This document shows positions 18,825-28,198 of a stretch of 64,000 nucleotides of DNA, piece after piece. The translations under genes were made by a program, and so were the position numbers. Source of the stretch: an uncultured virus (IMG/VR IMGVR_UViG_3300020213_000017) (taxonomy: Duplodnaviria > Heunggongvirae > Uroviricota > Caudoviricetes). The DNA lies in IMG/VR virus record IMGVR_UViG_3300020213_000017, one strand, 5' to 3'. The notes beneath the pieces are model-generated. The model had not been told where the DNA came from and did not search any database. It saw only the letters and a list, made by a program, of their open reading frames with translations. Positions within the stretch are counted from its first letter, which is position 1. Each line of letters starts with the position of its first letter.

Positions 18825-19274
18825 TTATCTGGAAGCTTCTTGTTTGATAAAAGTGTCGTCTTCGATTAGATATACAAGAAGAGCTGCATTGTCGGAAATT
18901 ACATCTTGTTGTTCGTACAGAGCAACATAAGTCCATGCGTTTGGAGGACAAGCAATACCTACACGTCTGGTGGCATTGTCCACAACGCCTATCGCGAGCG
19001 CCACCATGGCAGCAACATCTCTATCGCCAGCAGTTATAGAGTGAACAACCCCACTGTTGTTGTACACAGCGACGTTGCGACCCTTAGAAGGAAGTCTGCG
19101 GGCGGTGGTGGCATCTGTGGTATAAGTTGATCCATCAATGTTTAATGGGACAAGAAATCTGCCCACTTCAGCATTTTTTTGAGCACCCGCAGCATTGTTG
19201 TAGATATTGTTCGCGATTACAGGAACATCTTCTACTTTTTTGCCTTGTACATTTCTGATATTTTTAGCTGCCAT
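18825..19274 (-). CDS. Putative virion protein
   Basis: 149-aa ORF with AAGGA RBS and AATCTT motif. Confidence 0.6.
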   Translation of the reverse strand: MAAKNIRNVQGKKVEDVPVIANNIYNNAAGAQKNAEVGRFLVPLNIDGSTYTTDATTARRLPSKGRNVAVYNNSGVVHSITAGDRDVAAMVALAIGVVDNATRRVGIACPPNAWTYVALYEQQDVISDNAALLVYLIEDDTFIKQEASR

Positions 19275-19312
19275 AAATGATTTGATTCCTTATACTTAGT
19301 TCACATTAAAGA

Positions 19313-20257
19313 TTAGTCTTCGTCGCTATTTTCTTCGCCAATAGCGCTCATGTCTACGGGTACAACAAACTTATTTGGAGTAATCGACCGAACTGGTTCG
19401 CTTTGAGCCCTTTTGGGATCTTTAGACTCAAGCTGGTTTACAGCATCACCCTTGTTCTGATTATGATACATATATTCCCGAGTGATAACCGCATGATAAG
19501 CCATTCTTTCGGGAGATCTAATGCCATCCGTAGTAACATTGGTCACCCGAACTTCTTTTGGTATCATGGTTACATACCAATAAGCCTTGTATCGGTAGCG
19601 AATTGAATAAATCCTACCCTTTCCAGTAGTTGGATCAATACCAGGATTTTTTCCACTATCAAGCCATCGGACGTTTCCATCGCAAGTGATTGAAAAATCT
19701 ACATTTTCTGTATATTCGATGTTTCGGCTATCCACAATAGGAAGCGCTAGTTCCACAATGGCAAATTTTGCTTCATTGTCGATTCCAGGCTCATAGTCCA
19801 TTTCCTGGTAATTTTCTACTTTCACGTCAGCAACTGGATCTGCTATGTAAAGCCGATCTCCTGGTGCCAAATAGATACGTTTGCCATCTGCCAAGTTGCC
19901 TTTGGTACCGTCTTTGTTGTAAAAACGAGGCATGATGATTCTACCAGTCGAAGGGTCTAAAGTGCCGATGTCGCCTTTTCTCTGTTTACGCTCATTATCC
20001 ACCATTGTGGCTGAGAAAACACCAGAGCATTTATAAATCATACCATTAGACGTGATCGTATCTACGCCATCTTGGCGGCGATAGTCGCCTCTATCTTTTT
20101 TGCCTATAGGGCTAGGCATAGCCTTGTAATGCAAGAAATCAATAGCAAAACTGGTAACGAAAACATCCTGTCTCTTCAAATCAAAAGAGAGTTGAGTAAA
20201 CGGGCTATATCGATTGATAGTATCTGCCTGAATTCCGTTAGGCTTTCTCTTTGCCAT
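19313..20257 (-). CDS. Putative neck/head-closure protein (start likely MAKRK at 20257)
   Basis: YTENVDFSI..G.VRW...G..P...YSIRY pattern; located in the neck cluster. Confidence 0.55.
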   Translation of the reverse strand: MAKRKPNGIQADTINRYSPFTQLSFDLKRQDVFVTSFAIDFLHYKAMPSPIGKKDRGDYRRQDGVDTITSNGMIYKCSGVFSATMVDNERKQRKGDIGTLDPSTGRIIMPRFYNKDGTKGNLADGKRIYLAPGDRLYIADPVADVKVENYQEMDYEPGIDNEAKFAIVELALPIVDSRNIEYTENVDFSITCDGNVRWLDSGKNPGIDPTTGKGRIYSIRYRYKAYWYVTMIPKEVRVTNVTTDGIRSPERMAYHAVITREYMYHNQNKGDAVNQLESKDPKRAQSEPVRSITPNKFVVPVDMSAIGEENSDED

Positions 20258-20612
20258 TGCAGTCACCCTCTGTACAGATAGAAGCAATTTGCTCCAGTTT
20301 CTTATCTGTTTCTGAATACCCAGACGCCATCATTTTTATAAGCGTGTTTACAGAGGTATTTGTTTCTAATTTTTTTACGCGTTTTTTTAACTTAGCACCA
20401 GCTATAAAGTCGTTATGAACCAAATTTATGTTTAAGACAGTGCTATTGTTTTTATCACAAAGTTGTTCAATTTCATCAATAAACCTATCGATGGAAGAAT
20501 CTTTAGGTTCGTATTCTATTACGACCTTTTTGCAACCTTTCAACTGATGCTGCAAGGGCTTATCTGGATCGTAAGTAGCGATTTTTTTAGAATAAAAGAT
20601 CTTTACGCTCAT
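20238..20612 (-). CDS. Hypothetical protein (start likely MSVKI at 20612)
   Basis: ATG immediately after the stop of 20614..21120. Confidence 0.6.
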   Translation of the reverse strand: MSVKIFYSKKIATYDPDKPLQHQLKGCKKVVIEYEPKDSSIDRFIDEIEQLCDKNNSTVLNINLVHNDFIAGAKLKKRVKKLETNTSVNTLIKMMASGYSETDKKLEQIASICTEGDCNGKEKA

Positions 20613-20613
20613 A

Positions 20614-21120
20614 TTATTTCTCGATGCGGATTTTGGGCGTATTACAAGATAGGGCTTTTTCGGTTGCCGCTCCAGCAATAGCTCTGGTAAATTCTTTAGG
20701 CATTTCTAATACTTTAAAAACCAACGCATCTGACTGTAGCTGGCCTTTTACGGTAGCAACATAGGCATTGAGCTTGGTTACGTGAAATTCTATTTCTTTG
20801 CCGTCTTGAACGGAGTAAACATCGTAACCAGATTTACGCAATTCATCAGAAAGAAAATGGGAATGTTTATCTACGATAGCAGAGTCATTGAACATTTCGC
20901 TCTTCATAAGGGCAGGTTCAAAGGCTGGATACTGTTTTTCGAGGTTGTACCTTACGATAGCAGGGTGACTGCCTGCCCCAATCGCCTCATCCTTGTGCTT
21001 TCCTTTTGGCCTACCTACGGCAATCCAAAACCCACCTTTTGTGCGAAGCATTTTTACAGGATGTTTGTCCAGCATTCCAGCTTCTTCTACGCTCAATATT
21101 TCATCAGCTTTAATATCCAT
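20614..21120 (-). CDS. Hypothetical head-associated protein
   Basis: 168 aa; LMKSE and LRKSG motifs; TAATG coupling. Confidence 0.6.
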   Translation of the reverse strand: MDIKADEILSVEEAGMLDKHPVKMLRTKGGFWIAVGRPKGKHKDEAIGAGSHPAIVRYNLEKQYPAFEPALMKSEMFNDSAIVDKHSHFLSDELRKSGYDVYSVQDGKEIEFHVTKLNAYVATVKGQLQSDALVFKVLEMPKEFTRAIAGAATEKALSCNTPKIRIEK

Positions 21121-22208
21121 TACTTACCCCTTAGATAGGCATCTCTAATTTTTTTGACATGCCAATGACTTTTAATATCTTCTTTTGTTTTCAGAGCCTT
21201 GTTTGTCCCAGTAATTCCCTGTAACCACGCATAGCCCAGAACGTCTGGTTTTGGACCAAAATGATGTTCAAGTCTTTGTAAATGCTTCTGAGCAATCGTG
21301 TCTTCTAATTCAGGGTTGTCTTGCATATAGTTAGACATGTCTTGTCCACGCAGGTTTAAGGCTTTTTTATGTTTTGTCGCAAGGTCTTTGTGCATATGTA
21401 TTGTTTCGCGTATAACAACAGGTGTTAGTCCGTATTTTCCATAAGCTTTTTCACCACGATGTATCCCGCCCTCAGGAAGAGCTTCGTGTTTAGTATCTTT
21501 TCCGCCAGAGCTTTCTACATCAGAAATACTAGCAAGCATTCTTGCTGGTGTGTATTCAGGTTCTTGATGGATTGCAGATGGTGTTTTAGGAGCATGAGCA
21601 GTGTGAGATCCGCCAGCAAGGGCCGTGCTCATAATCAAAGCAGAAGCTAAATGCTTCATACTGCCTTTTTCAAGAAGCTCTTCAGACTTTTCTAGACTGT
21701 CTTCAAAAATATGCACAGTATTGTCAGCACCATGCTCAACAGTGAGAGGGCTAAATTCGATCTCTTCAGCTTTTACGCCGTCTTCATTGATCGCATCGTA
21801 CAATAGCTTGTCAATGGTCACATGGGACATGAAATTTTTATAACGAGTTCCTTTGTTGCCAAAAGAATGGTAGAATTTTTCATAATTATCAGGACAACCT
21901 TCACACAAAAGCATGAAATATTCTTTACCATCATTTTCTGAGGTAAAAATAGTTGTTTTAAATTTAAGATTTTTAGGATCTGGAGCCTTGATGTCAAACT
22001 CTTTAACCTTGGCTTTAATTTCAGCTAGGTCCATTTCATCCTTGTTGGAAAACACCTTCAAGGACATGTGAAGAGGTATGTCGTTCGTAAGATAAGTTCT
22101 ACCCTTAAGCTTTACATGGAACAGAACATCGCCGCCCTGTTTAGCGCGTTGCTGATACCCTTCGTGTACGCCCTGACCCAAATTTTCTGTTTTATCTGAT
22201 TTGTTCAT
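21120..22208 (-). CDS. 2H phosphoesterase (Acb1/LigT-like) fused to a lytic transglycosylase-like domain
   Basis: HMSL and HVTI motifs 82 aa apart; linker LEKSEELLEKGS; VESSGG...AYGKYGL...YAWLQG lysozyme-like motifs; start likely MNKSD at 22208. Confidence 0.65.
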   Translation of the reverse strand: MNKSDKTENLGQGVHEGYQQRAKQGGDVLFHVKLKGRTYLTNDIPLHMSLKVFSNKDEMDLAEIKAKVKEFDIKAPDPKNLKFKTTIFTSENDGKEYFMLLCEGCPDNYEKFYHSFGNKGTRYKNFMSHVTIDKLLYDAINEDGVKAEEIEFSPLTVEHGADNTVHIFEDSLEKSEELLEKGSMKHLASALIMSTALAGGSHTAHAPKTPSAIHQEPEYTPARMLASISDVESSGGKDTKHEALPEGGIHRGEKAYGKYGLTPVVIRETIHMHKDLATKHKKALNLRGQDMSNYMQDNPELEDTIAQKHLQRLEHHFGPKPDVLGYAWLQGITGTNKALKTKEDIKSHWHVKKIRDAYLRGK

Positions 22209-23238
22209 GATGCTCCACTGCCAAAGGATGATACATTCCGACCACATTAGATAGACTAGGGTGTTTTGAGTTTCTAAATCCGTGAAACCCAGCATCTTTT
22301 AATTTTTCATGAACCATGTCCATGTTTAAAACGCCCTGGTTTTCCTTAATTGCTTCATCGACCACACCTTTTGGATCATGACCGAGATCGTATACAGGTT
22401 TTTCAGCAGGGTTTATGCTGGTCTTATATTTGTGACGGCTTTGACTCACAACGATCTGTTCAGGTTCAGTGCCCTCTACGTAATAGAATGAGTGAGGATG
22501 AAAAGTATCTCTGCCCTTTTTTCCAGCGTCTACCCCAGTTTGTTTGAAATTAGGGTCAATATGTTTTAGATCGCCTTGAGAGGAAAAATGAACAAGTTTT
22601 ATACGCTCTTGTTCGTTTTTCTTTATGTCGTCCTTAAGACCATCCTTGATACCTTTCATATTGGTGTCATGATCACTCTCAAGTTTTTGGTTTAAAGGCG
22701 AAGCAACAGCTTCTTGAGCGGTTTTGTGCTCTGCAGAAACTTGCTTACCAAGCATCTCGTGAACATTGTGTAACTGGCCCGCTGGGTGTAAGGTGTCAAA
22801 TTTGAAATCATGGGTAAAATGGTGATGTCCGCCAGGAAGGGTGGTAAAATAGTCTGCTGGCTTTTGCAAATGCCACTTAGTGCCTTCTCCATAATGGGCT
22901 TTGCCAGCATTTTCTCCATGATGAAAGCGCATTTCGTGCTGTTTACCATTGGAATAAATAGAGCTATCTTGACCTAAACGGGAAGCCATGTCGTGAAGCT
23001 CTTCTCCCTGAACCTTACTCACGCCATAAACAGCAATGCTGCGCTCGGGAGATCCATAATGACCATTCACTTCGTGCGCATCAAAACCCGCACCTTTTAG
23101 ATGTTTTACAACGTCTTCGTGGCTTAGCGTAGTTTTTTGCGGAAAACGAGGGTTCTCTGCAGAAAACAGGAAATGAGGCCCTTTGACCTTATCCTTGTGC
23201 TCTGACATAGATTGTAGCAAAAATTTACTTAAACCCAT
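22192..23238 (-). CDS. Two-domain protein: DUF3293-like N-terminal domain plus possible ART-like C-terminal domain
   Basis: SAENP..GHYG.PERS..GQDSSI; then LVHFSS...FYY...VYDL...GFHGF. Confidence 0.45.
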   Translation of the reverse strand: MGLSKFLLQSMSEHKDKVKGPHFLFSAENPRFPQKTTLSHEDVVKHLKGAGFDAHEVNGHYGSPERSIAVYGVSKVQGEELHDMASRLGQDSSIYSNGKQHEMRFHHGENAGKAHYGEGTKWHLQKPADYFTTLPGGHHHFTHDFKFDTLHPAGQLHNVHEMLGKQVSAEHKTAQEAVASPLNQKLESDHDTNMKGIKDGLKDDIKKNEQERIKLVHFSSQGDLKHIDPNFKQTGVDAGKKGRDTFHPHSFYYVEGTEPEQIVVSQSRHKYKTSINPAEKPVYDLGHDPKGVVDEAIKENQGVLNMDMVHEKLKDAGFHGFRNSKHPSLSNVVGMYHPLAVEHHEQIR

Positions 23239-24065
23239 TATATGTTCCCGAATATTATCCTGCTGAAAAAGATAGCCTTGAGCTTTCTGGTTAGCTCTTC
23301 TTTTTTTCTCTCAAGTTCAGAAATTCTCAGTTCGTACAAACGAGGTCCAAGACCAGACGAAGACTGTGAGATGCCATCTTGAGATAGCGATTGGCTATTA
23401 TAGATATTTGAAGGCGCGATAAGACTAAGGGTGTTTAGAGCAGCTACTACCCCAATAAGCTCGTTTACTGGTACTGGCACCTGACCTTCTTTGTTAGAAA
23501 GACCTGCGGTATAATTGATTTGCCAATAAGCAGGAACCCAGCTCAAACCACCCATCACGGCCAAAAAAGCTATACCGGCATTTCCGACTGCACCCTGAAC
23601 GGTGTTTACGCCATAGGCAGCCAATAGAGGGATCACGTTAACAAGACGTTTTGAAAAATTTGAAGTTTCGATCCAATCAGGTGGAATTGTGAAAATATTA
23701 TTGAAGTCAGCGCTTGTGATAGCAAGACTTTCAATACTAATAATTGGTCCTTTTTCTGACACTAGATTAATATACGCTTTGTAGAGCTGATAGTCAAAAG
23801 GAAGCTTGTCTTGAAAGGCTTCTCTGGTAATGGTAATATTCAAAAGAAGCTCTACTTCGTTCATTGCCAAATGAATACGGTCTTTTAGGATCTCGTCCGT
23901 TAAGACATCGTCGTTGGCGAATTTTAAGGGAATGCCCAGCAAAAACCGATTCTTCAATTGGGTTGGAGTCAAAAAGGGTTCGCAACGGCGCAATAATCCA
24001 GAAGCCTCTTTGCAGTGAACTGGGTATATTGCGGTTTGTGGAGATTTACTTTGAGGGAAAAACAT
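23238..24065 (-). CDS. Head completion/adaptor protein
   Basis: LK.RFLLGI, VP..WQI.YTAG, SQSLSQDGISQS pattern of large-myovirus adaptor proteins. Confidence 0.65.
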   Translation of the reverse strand: MFFPQSKSPQTAIYPVHCKEASGLLRRCEPFLTPTQLKNRFLLGIPLKFANDDVLTDEILKDRIHLAMNEVELLLNITITREAFQDKLPFDYQLYKAYINLVSEKGPIISIESLAITSADFNNIFTIPPDWIETSNFSKRLVNVIPLLAAYGVNTVQGAVGNAGIAFLAVMGGLSWVPAYWQINYTAGLSNKEGQVPVPVNELIGVVAALNTLSLIAPSNIYNSQSLSQDGISQSSSGLGPRLYELRISELERKKEELTRKLKAIFFSRIIFGNI

Positions 24066-24455
24066 TTAGCACGACCCATCATTTCCAGGATACTCTACGC
24101 TGATCCCGTTTAGGATGCTGAACGTGCGAATAACGCCATTTTCAGAGATCTGGAAGGCCACGTTGCCGCTTTTGGGAATCTGGCTGGCACCTAAGCTAAT
24201 TTTCCAAATAGAGGTGTCTAGCGGGTCAGCCAGGCTTGCAGGTGCCATGATGACATCGGCGCTATCAATCGAAAGAAGCTTCATATATACCAGAGTTGGG
24301 ACAGAGGGCATATAGCGCAGGCTATCATTGTCTAAGTCAACTAGCTGAAAATAAAGGAGATTTGGCTCATTAGCACGAATGATCCATTCATTCGCATATG
24401 CAAACATATTGTTGTTGTAATAATTTTTGATGATTTTAACAGAAAGTCTAGACAT
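24066..24455 (-). CDS. Putative virion protein
   Basis: 129 aa, GGAG RBS, AATCTT motif upstream. Confidence 0.6.
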   Translation of the reverse strand: MSRLSVKIIKNYYNNNMFAYANEWIIRANEPNLLYFQLVDLDNDSLRYMPSVPTLVYMKLLSIDSADVIMAPASLADPLDTSIWKISLGASQIPKSGNVAFQISENGVIRTFSILNGISVEYPGNDGSC

Positions 24456-24553
24456 TTTGACTCCAGATAGGGTAAGCTATATTCTTAAGATTGGAACAAC
24501 CAGTTTATTAATATAATTATATCATATTTTCAAGTACTTAGGAGAACAAAAAA

Positions 24554-25180
24554 ATGAACGCAAGAGTTATTGAATTTGAAGGAATTGACGGTTCTGGCAA
24601 AACTACTGCTTGGGCCTATTTTATCGATCAGCTAAAAGAACGTGGCTATAGAGTTCTGGACACTAGAGAAGTGGGCAGTCCTCATATTCCAGTATGCGTA
24701 GCTCTACGCAAGCTTATTTTGGACCCAGCTGCTGGCATGGACGGCAGATCGATGGAGTATGTATTTGCTGCAATGCGCAATGAAAACCAGCGTTTCTATG
24801 CCACTGTGGCAGATAAGTATGATTTTATCGTAAGTGATCGTGGATGGCTATCTCATTTGGCATACACTGACCATAACGTAAATCCTGAGTTTACTCAAGA
24901 ATTCTACATGAATGTTGTTGTTAAACACACTAAGCTTCCTGACGCGGTGGTTTTCTTGTCATTGGCTCCCGAAACTGCTCTTGCACGTCGTGGCAAACGC
25001 AATGGGTTTGTTGATGCCATTGAAGCAAAAGGCCCTGGTTTTCAAGAGCTCGTATATCAAAGTTTTATGAAATATATTGAGCAAACTGGAGTGAAAGTCG
25101 AGCTCATCGACGCTGAACGTAGCGTTGAAGGTGTTCAAGAACAGCTTCGTGATCTGGCGGAAAAATTGACAAAAAACTAG
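24554..25180 (+). CDS. tmk: Thymidylate (dTMP) kinase
   Basis: EFEGIDGSGKTT P-loop, TRE, IVSDR, LPDAVVFL. Confidence 0.92.
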   Translation: MNARVIEFEGIDGSGKTTAWAYFIDQLKERGYRVLDTREVGSPHIPVCVALRKLILDPAAGMDGRSMEYVFAAMRNENQRFYATVADKYDFIVSDRGWLSHLAYTDHNVNPEFTQEFYMNVVVKHTKLPDAVVFLSLAPETALARRGKRNGFVDAIEAKGPGFQELVYQSFMKYIEQTGVKVELIDAERSVEGVQEQLRDLAEKLTKN

Positions 25181-25219
25181 CCAGGGAAGTCAGCTGTTTA
25201 AGCTTCTTGCCCTGGCTCT
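25180..25219 (+). terminator. Hairpin after tmk (possible terminator)
   Basis: GCCAGGG...CCCTGGC inverted repeat between convergent genes; no clean U-tract. Confidence 0.35.
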
Positions 25220-25305
25220 AGCGATAATACGTTTTGAAAATCAAGAATTCTCGCGCCTCTCGTAAAAGAGGTAGTGGTTCCCAATCTTTAGATAGATGAG
25301 TTAAA

Positions 25306-25584
25306 TTAAGCCATCAATCCAGCTGCTTTTAGAGCAGCGATAACGGCATCGATTTTACCCTGAACACTGCTAATCCTAGCGTCAACATCAGCAGCTAATG
25401 CTAAGTCCGCTGGACCGACATCTGCTACGTCTACAAAGCCTACGTCAGCAAGAGCTCCGAGAGCAGCGACAGAAGTAGCCTGGGGGTTACTGCCAGCAGC
25501 TACTGCATCGGCAAGTTCGTTAGCGGCTTTTTTATCAGCCATTGCTACGATCATAATATCTTTGGTTCGTTTACTTAGGGCCAT
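25306..25584 (-). CDS. Putative head fibre/decoration protein (start MALSK at 25584)
   Basis: C-terminal KIDAVIAALKAAGLMA motif typical of head-fibre proteins; AGGAG RBS. Confidence 0.6.
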   Translation of the reverse strand: MALSKRTKDIMIVAMADKKAANELADAVAAGSNPQATSVAALGALADVGFVDVADVGPADLALAADVDARISSVQGKIDAVIAALKAAGLMA

Positions 25585-25636
25585 GACAATTCTCCTTAAA
25601 AGAATAGACACTAGCAAAATGCCAGTGACATGTACT

Positions 25637-26317
25637 CTATAAAGATTGCTTTGCTCTTTGGGATAGAACCTTAAATTCGCCACTTTTTAGCAGCTTTATC
25701 TTGTGAGGAACGCCTTCAACTGGCTGATATTGTTCATTTAAACTTGCTGCGTTTACAAACAACTTGTTTCCAACTTTCATGGTACCACGACCCATATGTA
25801 TGTGGCCGAAAATATGAAGTTTTACATCAGTTCTCATGATCTTATTCAAAAGATCGTGACAGCCTACAGACCCGCCGTGAGCAACATAGTCCAAAATACC
25901 AGCAGGAGGCCCATGAGTGATCAAAACATCGGTATCTACAGGTATGAGATCCCAGTGTTTTTTAATATCCGCTCCACGATCTCGGTTAAAGGCCCAATCA
26001 CAAAATCTAGGTTGGACTGGGGAACCCCAAAATCTTACGCCTTCTAAGACAATTCCTGAGTCATTTAGTAAAATTATATTGCGAATATCACACTCAGCAT
26101 CCATTAAAGAAGGATTCCTCTCGAACACCCAGTCATGATTGCCAGGAACAAGTATTTTGTACCTATATGGCTGAACTTCGAACCAAGTAAGAAAATCTAT
26201 AGCTTCATCTAGCGATCCGCGAGAACATATGTCACCGCTACAAACCAAAACATCTCCACCTTTTAGTGAAAAATGTTCATGCTTGCGGTGTGTGTCTGAA
26301 ATTGCGTCTATTCTCAT
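25637..26317 (-). CDS. Calcineurin-like metallophosphoesterase (MPPED/239FB-like)
   Basis: ISDTH, SGD, PGNHD, LITHGPP, FGHIH. Confidence 0.9.
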   Translation of the reverse strand: MRIDAISDTHRKHEHFSLKGGDVLVCSGDICSRGSLDEAIDFLTWFEVQPYRYKILVPGNHDWVFERNPSLMDAECDIRNIILLNDSGIVLEGVRFWGSPVQPRFCDWAFNRDRGADIKKHWDLIPVDTDVLITHGPPAGILDYVAHGGSVGCHDLLNKIMRTDVKLHIFGHIHMGRGTMKVGNKLFVNAASLNEQYQPVEGVPHKIKLLKSGEFKVLSQRAKQSL

Positions 26318-26335
26318 AACAGGATTATATCATGG

Positions 26336-28039
26336 CTACAAGGCGAAGGTCCAGCGTTTTTTGCCACAATCCCATATTCTGCTATATCCTAAACTGAGGG
26401 CCATTTCTTTTTCTGTGTTACCAATGGCTCCTTTTTTGAGCAAGTTTTCCTTGGTACAAGATTGCTTGGAGATTCTTTTTTGGCCAACTACGTAAGAATA
26501 GTCTGGGCCAAGGGTTTCTTCCAATACAAACCCTAGTTTTTCGTAAACATTACCTTCGGACCACCTATTGTCTGACCACGAGACTAGTTTTAAATAGCCA
26601 TTCTTTTTAGCATAACCAATTAGCGCCTTAAGAAGCCGAGACGAACCACCAGCCACACTTACGTTTGTTTTAAAGGCCAATCGATTCAGTATGAATTGAT
26701 TTTTCATTCCCTGTCTGTGATGTTTGTTGCCAGTTACAATACCAACAAGCTCTTCGTTGTAATAAAGGCCAAAAGCCGATTCGATTTGAGAAGAACCCTG
26801 GATATGATTTTCCTCTAAGAAAAGAGAGGCCTCTTTTTTAGGCACCTCTCTCAAATCTGTTTTTCTGGCAAAAAGCCTTATTTCATTTTTATTAAGAACA
26901 GATCGTAAAAATCCTTTAATTTGATCTTTTTTATTGAGCCATTCGTCTTCGAAAATGGTTATTAGGCGAATACCTTCTTTGTTAGCCTTTTTCATTTTGT
27001 TGAAATGATAATCCACCCCTCTTGAGGTTGGGCTATTTTCGTTATGCCAATAAAGACCACAGTATTCTATTCCCACCTTTACAAGGGGAACAAAAACATC
27101 TATTTCGCCACCATCTTTTCGGTATTCAAACTTGAATTTTTCAGCCTTTATCTTTAAAGAGTTTACCCATGCCCCAATTTCTATTTCGGCTTTGGAAGTT
27201 TTTTTACATCCAGAACAGAACATACAGGCGTTTTTGACCACATTGTTTATCCTATGTGTAGTTCTGATATTATTGCAGACTAGACATTTGATTTTAAAAG
27301 GATTGCTTTTGCCCTCAAAACCATCTATATATTCAAAACCCCTTTCCAAAAGAATTGTTTTTGTTTTTTCAAGACTTTCTTCTGATACGGCTATTTTTCC
27401 GTAATAAGCTCGCATCTCTTCCATAGAACGAGTATTCTTTTTTAGCTTAGCTTCATAAGCATTCTTTTGAGCCACTTTTGGGTCCAAAAACAAGGCATTT
27501 TCTTTGATCACCTCTTTGATCTTATTTATATTTACCCCTGTTGCCAGGCAAATCTCATCATTGGCAGTATTGGCCTTTTTTAGCTCTAAAACCTTATCGA
27601 TATCATCTTTTGTATATTTCGTTCTGTATTCACTAGCGTGCTTAGAGCGACATTCGACAGAGCAAGTCTTGTATTTGTTTTTTTTCACCCCATCTGAGTG
27701 TTTCGGAGTGAACACTAATTTACAAACAACACAAGGCCTAGACCTGTCTTCTTTGGATGCGTTTGTTGAAATACTACGTTTTTTAAGAAAATTTCTGATT
27801 CCAGTGGTTGTTAGATCAACCCTTTTTGATATTTCAGTTACGGTCAGACCATCTCTATTAAAAGCAAGAATGCTTTCAGCAATGATAGCAGTTATTTTTG
27901 GCGAATAGTCAAACGTTTTTTGCTTTAAGCCAAGCTCTATCAGCACTTGATTAATTCTTTGAGGCGTTTTCCTTAGAACCATGGCTATATCTGATGTTTT
28001 CACACCTTTTTTATACAGTTCTGATATTTTATCCTTCAT
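26336..28039 (-). CDS. Free-standing homing endonuclease-like protein (HTH/Zn ribbons, PD-(D/E)xK nuclease, C-terminal GNAT-like domain)
   Basis: EIDVF..IEYCGLYWH..RLITIFEDEW; FLEENHIQG, SWSDNRWSEG, RIWDCGK; paralog of 44167..45600. Confidence 0.75.
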   Translation of the reverse strand: MKDKISELYKKGVKTSDIAMVLRKTPQRINQVLIELGLKQKTFDYSPKITAIIAESILAFNRDGLTVTEISKRVDLTTTGIRNFLKKRSISTNASKEDRSRPCVVCKLVFTPKHSDGVKKNKYKTCSVECRSKHASEYRTKYTKDDIDKVLELKKANTANDEICLATGVNINKIKEVIKENALFLDPKVAQKNAYEAKLKKNTRSMEEMRAYYGKIAVSEESLEKTKTILLERGFEYIDGFEGKSNPFKIKCLVCNNIRTTHRINNVVKNACMFCSGCKKTSKAEIEIGAWVNSLKIKAEKFKFEYRKDGGEIDVFVPLVKVGIEYCGLYWHNENSPTSRGVDYHFNKMKKANKEGIRLITIFEDEWLNKKDQIKGFLRSVLNKNEIRLFARKTDLREVPKKEASLFLEENHIQGSSQIESAFGLYYNEELVGIVTGNKHHRQGMKNQFILNRLAFKTNVSVAGGSSRLLKALIGYAKKNGYLKLVSWSDNRWSEGNVYEKLGFVLEETLGPDYSYVVGQKRISKQSCTKENLLKKGAIGNTEKEMALSLGYSRIWDCGKKRWTFAL

Positions 28040-28123
28040 ATACGTATTGTACTATGAATAGATACAGAAAGCAATATGAAAAAGCAAAAACAGATAATCG
28101 CAAGAAGATAGATTAGCATAAAT

Positions 28124-28172
28124 AAAAAAAGAAAAAGCCACCTGTAATTAAACAAGTGGCTTTTCTTTTTTT
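28124..28172. terminator. Bidirectional terminator downstream of the major capsid gene
   Basis: A-tract, GAAAAAGCCAC...GTGGCTTTTC, T-tract. Confidence 0.8.
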
Positions 28173-28198
28173 GCGTAACTAACTAATATTGCTATTGA

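Noticed and set aside
25220..25305. tRNA or structured ncRNA between tmk and the head-fibre gene
   Set aside because: Only short hairpins; no cloverleaf, T-loop or recognisable family motif
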